From the human T2T-CHM13v2.0 reference genome, Homo sapiens, in the NCBI RefSeq assembly GCF_009914755.1, contig NC_060934.1: DNA of 64,000 bases; one strand, written 5' to 3'. This document shows, piece after piece, positions 14,415 through 27,678 of this stretch. The translations under genes and the position numbers were made by a program. Each line of letters opens with the position of its first letter. Position 1 is the first letter of the stretch. The notes below the pieces were generated by a model. The model was not told where the DNA came from and ran no database searches. It saw only the letters and a list, made by a program, of their open reading frames with translations.

Positions 14415-14660
14415 TGTTGTTGTTGTTTTTGTTTTTTCAACTTCCATTTTACTATCAGGGTGTACATGTGCAGGTCTGTTACAAAGCTATAGTGCATGAT
14501 GCTGACGCTGAGGTTTGGGGTATGACTAAACCTGTCATACGAGTAGTGAGCATAGTACCCAGTAAGCAGTGTTTCAGCCCTTGCTCCCTTCCCTCACTTC
14601 CCTGCCCTGGTAGTCCACAGTGTCTATTGATCCCATCTTTCTGGCCATGTGTATCCAATG
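14415..14660 (-). mobile_element. L1PB/old L1PA 3' end
   Basis: gtacatgtgcaggtctgttac...gctgaggtttggggtatga...gagcatagtaccc. Confidence 0.8.
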
Positions 14661-16149
14661 GTTACACCCACATCTTTATCTCTGGGTTTGCTCTGCCTAA
14701 TCATCTGGCTCTGCCAAGTCCTCCTCACTTGGGATCTTGGTTAGGGCACTTTTCTCCATTTTAACTCAGTACTTTTTCACTCCTAACCTTTCTCCCTGTC
14801 TCTATCCCTGGCCCTCCATGTCCGTAAAGAGGCAGGAGACCTTAGTTTTGGGCTCCTTAGCAGCGAGGTGACTTTTCCTGTCTGAGCTGCATGTCATCTG
14901 ATCCTCAGCAGTGTCCTTCCTTGAAGAAAAGTGGAATACTGAGGAGCCAGTGCTTCTCTTTTGGACAGCTTGCTTGCATTGCTACAGTGAGTTTTAAAAG
15001 GCTTGATTGCTACTTTCAGTTTGGTTCATTGTCTTAGCTGAGCACTTTGACACTTGGAAGCTTGGCAACATTACCTGGACCATCGTGGCTGTGCAGAGGC
15101 ACTCATGTCCAACAGCTTGGCTGTCACAGTGAAGGTATGCTCTTGGCTTGATTCCGATTCCGAGTGATGGAATGTTGTTGTCAGAGATGTGGCAAGGAAA
15201 TGCACCTCCATTTAAATATCACAGTCGTGATTCCAAAAGATAACCCAGGTATCATGTGAAACTTCCCTAGACTTTGGTGAGTTTTTTTTAAACTTGACTC
15301 CAATCCCCAGTGTTTTAGTTTGTGTTAATTCAACAACCATTTTTTTTTCTTTTTCAACTTCTATTTTGATAGAAATAGATAATGATATCAATAAATCCCT
15401 ACTCTTACTTCCCCAGGGCACCTTATCTCCTGTGCTGCCATGGGGCCTAGGCACTTTTGATCTGAACACAAAATTTATCTGTTTGCCATTTTCCACTAGA
15501 AATTCAATCTCAGTAAGCATATTATAATTTTTTGGCTTTACTAGTAATTATGAGATCACAGAGAGGGAGCTCTTCACTTCTTCTGGGGACCCTTCCACTA
15601 TACCGTGAGATAAACATTTTAATCTCTTATTCCAGAGGTTTCTTTCTTGGGGAGCAGCTCTGGCTTCCCAATCTGAATTCTCCAGCTCCACTAGGAATTC
15701 TACTAGATAAAAACAGCTAAACTTTATGATATTATGTTTATTCTCCGTGACCCACATGCAAGAGTCTCCGTGGGGACACTGTGTCTCAGGAGACACAATC
15801 CGGCAACCAAAAATAATCCCAAGGAAATTCAAGATGGTTTCTTGAGTTTTTCAAATACCACAAGGGTGATTCTTGCCTTCTTTTTCTATCCAACTATCCA
15901 ATTTCCCCTCATGCCACAGATTCTCCCATTTCTCTTTCTCAAAACTCTTTGAAATGTTTCTCCCATATCCAAGCAGCATGTTCCTCTTTGTATTCTCCAT
16001 GTTTTCCAGATCAAAGGTGATGGAACTAAAGAGGTAAAACTCTTGTTAGTGGGTGAGTTTGGAAAGGATGTGGCAAAATCTTGTAACAGTTTTTGTCCTC
16101 TCACAACTATAAAAAGTGACCCAATGCTGAGCAAATCAACATCAACTAG

Positions 16150-16355
16150 AAGAGCACTGGTGTCGAGACAACAATGTTAGTATAAACCTCACCTTGACTT
16201 TCAAGGTATTTGATAGTGGGAAATTTACTTAACTTCTCTCAAAGTTCCTGTCTTCTTTTGTAAAATGTATGTTAATACCTACTTTATACCTGCTTTACAG
16301 ATAAGGTTTGTAAAATATTTAGCTTTTGGGCCTGGCACACAGTGAGCTCACAACA
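16150..16355. mobile_element. MIR
   Basis: ggaaatttacttaacttctct...ttttgtaaaatg...ctggcacacagtgagctc. Confidence 0.5.
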
Positions 16356-16400
16356 ATCTGTAGCTACGGTCTCCCTGAAAAAAGTTAAATTGTTATCTGG

Positions 16401-16689
16401 AGCCAGATGTGGTGGCTCACACCTATAATCCCAGTGCTTTTGGAGGCCAAGGTGGGGGGATCACATGAGGCCAGGAGTTTGAGCCATCCTGGGCAACAAA
16501 GCCAAACCCCCATTTCTACAAAAAAAAAAAAAAAAAAATTGTAAAAATTAGCCAAGTGTAGTGGCACGCACCTGTAGTCCCAGCTACTCAGAAGGCTAAG
16601 GCAGGAGTATAACTTGAGCCTGGGAGTTGAGACTACACTGAGCTATGATCATGCCACTGCACTCCAGCCTAAGTGACAGAGTAAAACTT
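16401..16689 (+). mobile_element. AluJ
   Basis: J diagnostics (cctgggcaaca, gagctatgatcatgcc); expanded middle A tract; tail lost; flanking ttatctgga repeat. Confidence 0.9.
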
Positions 16690-19384
16690 TAAAAGAGAAT
16701 TTATCTGGAATCCCTTATTCCATGTTTCTGGTGCCCATCCAGTGTTCATAAAAACACTGTTTCCCTGCAAGGTTATTAGTGGCTCAAGTAATTCTGTCCT
16801 CTTATTCTGCTCCATTATATGAACCACAGGGAATCATGTGGCCCCTTCCTCAATTATTGAGAGTGCTTCTAAAGGAAGAGTCAGTGTGGAGGGCAAGCAG
16901 ATAGCAGAAGATGAAAGTTGTACCAATTTTAAAACCTTTCTGCCTGGATGGAGGTGACTGATTTCTGTTTAGCTCTTTTTTGAACGTGGTTTTGTTGTAA
17001 AACACAGTTATAGTAGAAAGTAATTAAATAAGATAGGACCTGATATACTAATTTAACACTGAGGTTGAAGGCAATTTTGTTGCCATTGAATCACAAGGTA
17101 AATTGTCCTCTTAGGTGAGATCTGGTTGTTGTATAGCCTTTTTCCATTATCTGAGGAAAATGAAGGGGAAATTCAAGTGGAAAACTATGCCCGCTATAAT
17201 TCTCCATGGATTTGGTTAGAACTTTAACTTTCTTCGTAGCATTATTAAATCACTGCTTCAGTTCATTTCTCTAGTTTGCGTGCATTGACAAAATGAAAAA
17301 GAAGATTTCAAAGACAGTGAAAATATCCTTTAAATAAATTAGACCTAGTGAATTTAATAATTGTAGGACATCCTGTAATTTCCATAAAACACAAGTATTA
17401 GTATAAGTCTCCAAAACGGTATTACAGAAATGGCAATATTGTGACATAACAGAGTAACAACAAACCTAGCCTATGCATGGATGATGTATAACATGCCCTC
17501 CTTCATTCTTTGAAATATTTTCCTCCCATGTAACAACAACAATCTCTGACATTATGTTCATTATACTCATGATATTATACGCATTCATTAGCTTTTATCT
17601 GAAAACTACCAGATATCTGGAATCCTGAAAGCAGCACAATGATAGTGTAAGATTAGTGAGAGAAGAGGGAGCAAGTCAGGCAGGAAAGCCTGGCCAGAAT
17701 TCAGACAATAAAAGTTAAGATTGGAGCACAGTAATAAAAGTGTCATTCCAGAACAAAGCATGATCTGAAATACCCACACAGGTTTTCTACTTAGGTCTGG
17801 ACTGACAGGTTAGGTCTAAAGATTTATAGTTGCAACCTAACTCTTTTGTCATAAGTATCATTCATTCATAGTTAAATCAACATTTGGAGTGTACTGCTCA
17901 AAGCCCCTTAAGGCCTATTGTTAAAAATATGGGAAAGATACATTCCTTCTCAGTCTAATGTATTAAATACCATGATGAAATGAGTTAGTATCCAGGATCA
18001 TTAAAATGTAAAAAGAAAAGAGAGACACACCTCAGAAATAAAGGATGCCAACTTCCTTGGTAGCTGGCCTATGTAGGTCAAGCCACTTTCATAGGAGGCT
18101 CTGAACTACTCACTTGACCTTTTGGTTCACAGACATTTCCGTATATGGAACTATTTTCTGTTGTCTAAAGAGATAGAACTATTTTCTGTTCTCTAAAAAG
18201 ATAGCTTTTTCTCCCAGAGCTTTCAGTCTGTTCCTTATCCCAAATATCTGGAAGCTGGGTTCAGCTATCTTTGCCTGGTATTCTTTCCCTGATGGAGTGT
18301 AATATGTAGACAGAGGGGGGCAACTGGCGACTCTGGGCTGAGGAAGCTCTCCAGCCCTGGGTGTAAAGCAGCCTCCACCTCCCACACTCCTACTGATCAA
18401 GGATGCCTCAAAAAAAAAAAGATGCCACTGAAATCACTCCTTAGAGTTAGTTTTCACCTGTTTCTACCTGACTTCAGAGGGTCAACTCAATAAGTCTGAC
18501 TTTATTTTTTTCACTCAGTGTGATGGAAACTGGAAATAGGTGAGATTGTGGCTTGAGGACAAGAATCGTCTTTCATCCATCTCGGTATATGCAGGGCCTA
18601 GACTGTTGCCTGGCATGTGACAGGCGCTTAGTAAAAGTTCAGTAAAATAAACATAAATGAAATGAGAATATTTAATGAAGGGATGCTAAAATGGAAGGAG
18701 AAAAGTTCCAGAAAGTGGAGATCAATAATTCATCTTCTCTCTGTCTTTGCTAAAACTGATCCTCTAGGATCATCTCACTTGCCAGAGGCCTCTATACACT
18801 TTCTGCTAACAAGCTTCCAAGACAGACTACCCTGCTCTCTAGCACCATTCCTCCCTCCTCTCTCATCTAGAGGTCCTTAATAGTGGAGACGTCTCTCCAG
18901 GAACTTGAATCTGCAAATCTTTGCATTCTCAGAAGGTACATTCTACATGTTCTGGGAGCAGGAAGACAACAGCTTAACCTGCAGTGCATGAGAAAGGCAA
19001 AAGCAGGAAAGTTAGATGTTTGGATGGCAAGGTTAACTGTGCACCTCTGGGGTACTTTAAACTTCACAAAGAGATATAGACATGGGTAGTTTTAAGTGAG
19101 ACAGTTTTCAGATCCTTGCATGCTTCTACCCACTTTTAATATTTAAAAACTTCAAAAATGCAGAATAAAATCCGTATGACCTTTACCTAGATTCAGCAAT
19201 TGTTCACATTTTGCCACATTTCTCTGGCCCTTCTCTACACAACACACACACACACATACACACACACACTTTTTTTGTTCAAGAATTCGGAAGTTTCAGA
19301 TACCATAATATTTATTCCTAAGTACTTAAATATGCATCACCTAACAATAAAGGAATTGCTCTATGTAACCACAATTTCTCCATA

Positions 19385-19478
19385 TGACCAGCCCAGGCTC
19401 CTGATTGCTTTGTCGCAACTTTTTACCAAAAAGAGCACTAACAAAGGCCTGGAGGTAAAGAGTAGAAGCTCAACATCA
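19385..19478 (+). repeat. 94-bp dispersed duplicate of 20906-20999
   Basis: 7 mismatches, no gaps. Confidence 0.95.
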
Positions 19479-19684
19479 CATCATTATCTCATCTAAGAAA
19501 ATTAATGCTAATTTATTAATTAAATTAATACTAACTTATTATTAATATCATCTAATATTCAAAATTTTCTATAGTTGTCCCCCTAAGCATTCTAACTTCA
19601 TAGTTTCATTTTTTAAAAAAAAATCTTAGATCTAATTACAGTTTATTCTCTGTAATCATTTATTATGTGCCTTTCACCTAAACA

Positions 19685-20013
19685 CAGTGATTCCCTCTTA
19701 TCCACACAGGATATGTTTCAAGACCCACAGTGAACACCTGAAATTGTGGATAGTACCAAACCCTATATATACTGTTTTTTTCTGTATGTACATACCTATG
19801 ATAAAGTTTGATTCATAAATTAGCTACAGTAATAGGTTAACAATAACTGGTAATAAAACAGAAAAATTATAACAATATATTGTAATAAAAGTGAATGTGG
19901 ACTCTTTCAAAATATCTTTTTGTACTGTACTCACCTATATCAGACAGTGGTAATTCACAGGTAATTGAAACCACAGAAAGTGAAACTGAACTGAGGATAA
20001 GTGTGGACTACTG
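19685..20013 (-). mobile_element. MER44A (TcMar-Tigger MITE)
   Basis: TIRs cagtgattccctcttatcc / ggataagtgtggactactg; internal match to recalled consensus. Confidence 0.85.
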
Positions 20014-21359
20014 CAGTTGCCCCAACTATTCTTTTTATGACATGGATTTTTATGTCATTTTTAATAATTCATGTCACCTGACTTCTAGAACATCCCATTT
20101 TCTGAATTTGTATGATTGATTGTTCCTCATGATGAGATTTAGGTTAAACTTTTCTGGCAGAAATACTACATAGTTGGTATTGTGTCTCTCTTCTGATATC
20201 AGAAGTCACATTATGTCAGATTGTTTCATTATTGGGGATGTTAAGTTTGAGCACATGGTTAAGGTAGTGTCCCCCAGATCTCTCCATAGTAAACGTACAT
20301 TTTTCCTTTTGTCATTAATAAATAACCTGCAGGGTCATTGCTTAGACCACATAAGCCGCTGCTCCCCATCTGTTAGCCAGCGATTTTACCATCCATTGAT
20401 GATTCTTGATGCTTGACACAAGAAACCTTTGAACCCAAGACAGCCAATGGGGTGTAGGCTGTGACAGGGTTAGCTACATGGAATGATCATAGTAATATCC
20501 ATGGTGGTGGGATAACCAGAGATCTACCATTACTACTGCCAGCAGTTCCCAGCTCAGGTGCCAAAAGAGAGAGAGAGAGAGAGATGCACAGCTCTGATCA
20601 AGCTTCATGCTGACCCTGGCATCCTTACAGACTTCTGCTGACTCCCTCAGGCAGTCATGCCCCTGAGACATGAGAGAGACTCTCTTCCTCAGTCCTCTCC
20701 CTCATCCCTATCTCCCTCACCTATTCAAGTGGAATCCCGCAGCAAAGTCGCTTCAATCCTGAAGTGTTAACAAAATTCGCTGAGAGAGCTCTTTCAATTC
20801 AGTCACAGTCCACTTTCTCCAAGATGTATGTACTCCTATTTCCAGGTGTGTCCATCTCAACTATAGGCAGTAGACAGAACTTAAAGCTCTCTCAGCCTTA
20901 GGCCTTGACCAGCCCAGGCTCCTGATTGCTTTGTCACAACTTTTTACCGAAAAGAGCACAAACAAAGGCCTGGAGGTAAAGAGTGGAGGCCCAACACCAA
21001 TTGGCCCCAATGCACATGGTAGCACAGGGAGAAGAATGTTGTCTCTTTCCTGTCATCAGTACCATGCAATCATAGCTCCAGCTCAAAGACAACAGGGACC
21101 AGCTGACACAAGAGTGTATCCAGAATGATAATCAGTGGACCTACACTTGTCAGATTTTAACCTCCACCTAGACATTAGGGCAGAATCATTTAGTTCATTC
21201 CCTCACTTTATACATAAGAGAACTAAGGTCCAAAGAGAGGAAAAGACTTGCTGATGTTGATACAACTTGCAAATAAGAGAGTTAGTACTTGAATAGCAAC
21301 TTTCCTGGGCCAAGATAGGTGCCTTGTCTGCCAGACTGATCTCTCTCTCTCTCTCTCTT

Positions 21360-21516
21360 TTCTTAGCAGATGGGGTCTTGTTCTCTCTCCCAGGTCTGGA
21401 GTGCATTGGCACAATCACAGCTCACTGCATCCTTGAATTCCCAGACTTAAGTGATCCTCTCACCTCAGCCTCTCAAAGTAGCTGGGACTATAGGTATGCA
21501 CCACCACACCTGACTA
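21360..21516 (-). mobile_element. FRAM / AluJ right monomer
   Basis: Single antisense Alu monomer flanked by ctctctctc. Confidence 0.85.
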
Positions 21517-21619
21517 GGCTCTCTCTCCTTTATAAGACTTCTTTAAAAATTCTGTTTTGATGTTCTGCTAAATAAGGGGCCTGTGTTTTGTCTAGAACAA
21601 ATTATCAATTTACAAATAG

Positions 21620-21820
21620 TCCATGAGTCAGTAGTCATAAAAGTTGGGGAAAATTTAAAGACATGAGACCAATCTAGTAACAATTGTTTTAGGTCAATGA
21701 CTCAAAGGAGCAAGGACATAACGTGGTTTCTAAATTAATTTTAAATGGGTCCTTAAATAAATTCTGGGGCTAATGTTTTGAGATGTTTCCCCCCATGCAT
21801 TAGGTGGTGACTCAAAGGTA
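21620..21820. promoter_or_regulatory. Homotypic AP-1 site cluster (candidate enhancer)
   Basis: TGAGTCA 21624-21630, TGACTCA 21698-21704, TGACTCA 21808-21814. Confidence 0.45.
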
Positions 21821-22498
21821 CTAGCAAAGCCACTTTCATTTTAAGAGGATCTAGACAATATACTAGAAAATTAGCCCAAACCTTCTCCTTGCCCTACTCC
21901 TACCACAATCAAGGAAGAGGGACAAGGTTTTCCATTCCCTTCATCCTCTGCAGTGATGATTTTGTGGCTTAATTCTTTTCTTCAATGCTCTTGCTATTCA
22001 GCTTATATTGATATCACTTGGAGAGATTTGTGTTGTAGGCACAATGAATTCATTCACTTGGAATAAATCAAGCGAAACCTCCCTGCTCTTAGTTCCCAAA
22101 CACCCTGTTGCTCCTTCTCTCTCGACTTCCAGAAAGGATTGAAGTACATGAAATTTTAAGTATATAAAAAGGAATATTTAAAACATGGCTAATGTCCAAA
22201 GAAAGACAATCAAATAAACATAGGTATACCTACCACCCGGCTTAAGAAAGAGAATATTGATTGGGATTCTGACCCCTGCTTGTCCATCCTGTCTTAGTCC
22301 TTCAGCCACCCTCCCCCAACAGAGTATCAGCAATCTCAAATTTTGTGCTAATTATTCCTTGCTTTCTTATTGTTTTATTACCTATGCTTGTATTCCTTGC
22401 TTTATTGTTATTTTACCACTCATATTCATATCTCTGAACAACAAGGAAACACCATGTATCTGAAATTTTTATAACTAGAGTCATATTGTGTTTGTTCT

Positions 22499-22590
22499 CC
22501 TCCTCCTTTCATTTTTGTTCAATATTATGTTTCTGAGATTACTTTCTCCTACTTTCGTTTTTGTTCAATATTATGTTTCTGAGATTACTT
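22499..22590. repeat. 46-bp tandem duplication within an old L1ME fragment
   Basis: tttttgttcaatattatgtttctgagattactt occurs twice with period 46. Confidence 0.9.
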
Positions 22591-22919
22591 ATAACTAATA
22601 TGCAGTTCCAATTTAGTCCTTTCTGCCATGATATAATGTTCTACTTTACGAAAATACTACAGTTCATCTACTCATTCTTCTAAAAATGGACACTAGGACT
22701 CTTTCCAATCAAGAGTTATTTTAAACACTACGGTAGTGAATGTTCTTACGCATCTGATAAACATGCACAAAAGCTTCTCCACAGTATGAGCCCTGTGGTG
22801 AAATTCTTGGATCATAATTGACCTTTTCAAGTACTATTGCTATTACTACTAGTAATAGCTGAGATTTTTAGAGCACTCAACAAAAGCTGGTCTTAGATTA
22901 AGCCTTCTGTTTCATTCCT

Positions 22920-23425
22920 TTTTAAAATTTATTTTTTACTTAACAAATACAAATTGTATATTTATCACGTATAACATGATTATTTGAAATATGTATACAT
23001 TGCTTAAAGACTAAATTTAACTAATTAACATGTAAAATTACCCCGCATGCTTTTTATGTTTTTTTGTAGTGAAAACACTTAAAATCTACTATCCAAGTAA
23101 TTTTCAAGAATAAAATACATTGTTATTAACTATAGGCACCATGTTGTACAATAGATCTCTTGAACTTATTCTTCGTGTCTGTCGGGAATTTTGTATCCTT
23201 TGACCAACATCTTCCCAACACTGCCCCCTCCTCCTTGTAACCGCCATTCTCCTCGCTAGCTCTGAGTTCAGCTTTTTAATTTCTATATATAAGACCACAT
23301 GATATTTGTCTTTCTGTGTCTGGCTTATTTCACTTAATATAATGTCCCCCAGGTTCAGCCATGTTGTTGCAAGTGACAGGATTTTCTTCTTTTTTTTTTA
23401 AGGCTGAATTCTGTTGTGTATGTAC
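22920..23425 (-). mobile_element. L1MA 3' end
   Basis: gtgaaaacacttaaaatctact...caccatgttgtacaatagatctcttgaacttattc. Confidence 0.85.
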
Positions 23426-23967
23426 CTGCTTTATTTCATTTAATTTTCACAGATGACTGACATAGGTGTTATATCGTCTTCCATTTGTTAAAATAATAAG
23501 TTGATGGCAAAATATAACACACAAGCAAATAGATGCATGAGACATAATGGTATATCCTGTTGAGTAATTACAAACAAAACACTTGTTTAACAACCACCCA
23601 ACTCAAAATATAAGAAATGGCCAGCACACAGAAATACGCCCTTCCTGCTCCTGCTGTGCAGATATTAAAGTCTCTGCTCAGTTTGTTTGATGGTCAGCAA
23701 ATGATTGGACAGAGATTTCCTTAAATTCCTTGAATGAATATGCTTCCCAGCATTTGCCAAGGGAGTTGGGTTATGTTGGGTTATGCCTTCAACACTCGGG
23801 CAGACAGTTTACAACTATTCCTTGTGTTTACTTTTTGCTTGCACTGAGCCACACAGTCAGGCAAAGACGAGAGATTAGGGCCTTCTGCTGTCTTGAGCAT
23901 ATGCACAACCCTGAATATGCCGGTAGCCTTCCAGATTCCCAGGAGTATATATGAGCTTTTCAAAGTC

Positions 23968-24322
23968 TAGTATGATGTGAATGTTTGTGTCCCTCCAAAA
24001 CATGTGGGTTGGAACCTAATACCCAATGCCATACTATCAAGAGGTGTGGCCTTCAGGAAGTGAGTAAGTCACGAGGGCTCCACCTTCATGAATGGGATTA
24101 GTGACATCAAAAAAATGCCAGGGAGCTGTTTGCCCCTGCCACCTAAGGAGGACACAGCTAGAAGGCACCATCTACAAGGAATGGGGCCCTCACCAGACGT
24201 GAAATCTTCCTGCACTTTGATCTTAAACTTTCCAACCTTCAGAATTGTTAGAAATGAGTTTTTGTTTATAAATTACCCAGCCTATGATATTTTTGTTATA
24301 GCAGCCCAAACAGACCAAGACG
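23968..24322 (+). mobile_element. MaLR solo LTR (MLT1A/MSTD-like)
   Basis: gaatgtttgtgtccctccaaaa...gttatagcagcccaaacagaccaagac. Confidence 0.85.
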
Positions 24323-24933
24323 AAGCTGATTAGGGACATCTCATTTCTGTTTTTCAAGTTTTCTCAGTCAGTCTCTTGTTAGCCCCACCTGGTATCCACA
24401 ACACAGGCACCTGTGGTGTTAAACAATTCCTGCTTCTTGTTTTCAACAAAAACCCTGGGAATAGGACTTTTTGCACAGAAATATTTCTAGTCAAGTCAAA
24501 TAAAGCCAGGCCCTGAAGATGGAGTTTTTCAGGAAGCTGCCAGACAGGTCAAATGGTTACAATTCTCTTGGATGCAGCTGTTTTAGGGAACTCCAAACTC
24601 ATTTTCCCCCTTTCCCACCTCCAGTGGCTGCTAGGCTTCCGGTTGTCAGTTATCATAGGCATGGGGAGGATAGTTTTCAAGACTACCATGGAGATGGGGA
24701 GAAGGTGATGGGAGTAGGGCAAGTTAAAACTCCACACAGCTCACTCACTCTGCTTACTGATATTTAGTAATTTTTCTCGAATAAACACTCCTTGGAGTGT
24801 TGCAAGCCTTTGATTATTTCTGGAGTTCTGAGAAGCTGATGTTGGCAGTCTTTACCAGTGTTTCTGTTACTTCTATGGAGCAGATTTTGAGACATTCTTA
24901 CTCTACTATTTCTGAAGTGCTTCTGTTCCCTTC

Positions 24934-25275
24934 TGCGTTAGTTTTCTAGGGCTGCCACAACAAAGCAGCAACAAAAATGTATTTTCTGAGTTTGAGAGGC
25001 TAGAAGTCTGAGACCAAGGTGTTGGCAGGGTAGGTTACTTCTGAGGTCTCTCTTCTTGACTTGGGGATGCTCATCTCCCTGTGTCTCCACATCATCTTCC
25101 CTTGGTACACGCCTAGGTTCAAATTTCCTCTTCTTATAAGGACACCACTTAGATTAGTGGCCATCCCAATGAATTCATTTTAACTTAACTAACTCTGTAA
25201 AGGCCCTGTCTCCAAATAGTCACAATTCTAAAGTACTGGGGATTAAGAGTGCAACAATGAATTTTTAGATGGACA
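24934..25275 (-). mobile_element. MaLR LTR (MLT1B/C-like)
   Basis: ttagttttctagggctgccacaacaaag...cctcttcttataaggacacc. Confidence 0.8.
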
Positions 25276-25921
25276 TATACATGCAGTTTTGCATAGATAT
25301 AGTTTGTTTTTGCTACTCTGTTGCATTCTTGGTATGATTATACTACAAATTATTTATCAAATTTCCTGTTGATAACTTTTTTCCAAGTTAGTGTTCACTG
25401 TGAATTATAATGCATGAATATTCTTGTAGATGTATTTTGTGGTCCATAAACTTTTTTTTCTGGATATATATCTAGAAGTAGAATTCACAGATCATAAGTT
25501 AAGCATATGCTCAACTTTAATAGATAATGTCATGTCTTTCCAATGTAGTTGTACCAATATTGGAGCATTATTACATTGTGGTTCTAATTTGTTTCCTTAA
25601 CAAATGAATTTTATTGCCTTAATATGCCTACTGGTCATTTTAATAGCATTATTTGTGAAGATCTTGCTGAAGTCTCTGAGCATTTTTTATTGGGTTGCTT
25701 GTCTTTTGCTTATTTCCTGTATTGTGAATTTATTTTGGATCTTAACCGTCTGTCTATTATATGTATTGCAATTATCTTCTCCAATTTTGTGGCTTAGATT
25801 TTCACTCTATTTATATTTTGAAGTGTTTGATTTTAGTGTGATTAAATTTATTTATCTTCACCTTTATTCGTGCTTTTAGCTTCTTTCTTTAAAAATCTTT
25901 GCTTGCTCTAAGGCCTATATT

Positions 25922-26062
25922 AGTATGTGTGTGTACACATATATTTGTGTGTGTGTACATACATATACACACATACATGTATACATACATGTTAATATAT
26001 AAAAAACATATATAGAGTATTATATATGTATATATATGTGTGTGTGTGTATATATATATATA
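25922..26062. repeat. Compound (TG)/(CA)/(TA) microsatellite
   Basis: Directly visible. Confidence 0.85.
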
Positions 26063-27205
26063 TTTCCTCTTCTAGAATCTTAATTATTTTACTCCCACAC
26101 TAAAATTCACAATCACTGGAATTGACTTGTCTATATTTTGTGGTAAGGGCTTATTTTTTCATTTTCCATATGAAAATTCAATTGACCCAGCATCATTCCT
26201 GAATATACCATTTCTTAATAGAGCCACAGTTCTCATAAATCAAGTATCTGTATTTCTGAGGGTCTGCTTCTGGACATTTATTTTTTACATATTTCTATTT
26301 GTTCTTATTCCAATGCCACATTTTTAACACTAAAGCTTTACAAAGCCTCAATAATTAATAGAGCCATCTTCCCACTTCATTTTTCTGCTTCGTTATTATC
26401 TTGGTTTTGGCTCTTTTTATTTCCACATGACTTTATCAACTGGTTTCTCGATTCTCACAAAACTGTCATGTGGATTTTAATTGGTATTCCATTGAATCTG
26501 TAGATCCCTTTGAGGAATTTGATACCTTTATAGTAAAGAAGCTCACAGTACATCAACCTGGCATATCCCTCCATTTATTTGTCTCTCAATAATGTTTGAT
26601 GGATTTTTCTGTACCTATCAAAAGCACATTTTATCAGATTTATTCCTAGCTATTTTATATTTTTGATATTTAGCAATTGATAAAATATTTTACTTCATAG
26701 TTTGCTTGTTATATGCAGAAATGCAATAGATTTGTCAAGGTTATGCTTATATTTAACATCTGTGAAACTTACAAATTCTATAATTTATCTGTAGATTTCT
26801 GCTCCACGTGCATACAATCATGTAAATAATGGCAGTTTTATTTTTTCCTTTCTAATTTTATTCTTTTGTTCTTTTTTGTGCTTTATTGTGCTGGTAAGTG
26901 CATCAAGAGGACAAATTATGGTATTGAATATCATTTTCTTATTTCTTATCCTGGAAATTTTTCAATGTTTCACTGTTATGTTGTATGTTTCTTGTAGGAT
27001 TTTTATGCGTATTTTTTCATATTAAGGAAGTTCCTTCTACTCTTAGCTTACTAAGAAATCTTATGAATTGATATTGAACTTTATCACATGCTTTTTCCAC
27101 ATCTATCAATGCAGAAAATTATATTGCTCTTTGTTTTGTTAATATGGTCAATTATATTGATTGAATTTCCAATATTGAAACCCTTGCATTTCAGAAATAC
27201 CTTAC

Positions 27206-27678
27206 TTTATTAGTCAGGGTTCTCCAGAGGGACAGAACGATCACAAGGTGAAGTTCCCCAGTAGTCCATCTGTAAGCCAAGTCCTAGTCCCAAAACCTCA
27301 AAAGTAAGGAAGCTGACAGTGCAGCCGTCAGTCTAGGGATGAAGACCCGAGAGCCACTGGCAAACCACTGGTGTAAGTCCAAGAGTCCAAAAGCTGGAAC
27401 TTGGGGTCCGATGTTCGAGGGCAGGAAGTAGCCAGCATGGGAGAAAGATGAAGTCCAGAAGACTCAGCTAGTCTGCTCTTTCACCTTTTTCTGCCTGCTT
27501 CATTCTAGCTGCGCTGGCAGCTGATTAGATGCTGCCCACCCAGATTGAGCGTGGGTCTGCCTCTTCCAGTCCACTGACTCATATGTTAATCTCCTTTTGC
27601 AACACCCTCACAGACACCCAGGAACAATACTTTGCATCCTTCAATCCAATCAAGTTAACACCAATATTAAACATTAGA
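27206..27678. mobile_element. MLT2-like (ERVL) solo LTR with internal deletion
   Basis: tattagtcagggttctccagagggacagaac...ccttcaatccaatcaagttaacaccaatattaa. Confidence 0.85.

Larger units (their letters stand above)
19130..20410 (-). mobile_element. Old L1MC/L1ME 3' fragment interrupted by a 94-bp insert and MER44A
   Basis: ctttacctagattcagcaattgttcacattttgccacat...aaccacaat...cattatctcatctaagaaaattaat. Confidence 0.65.
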
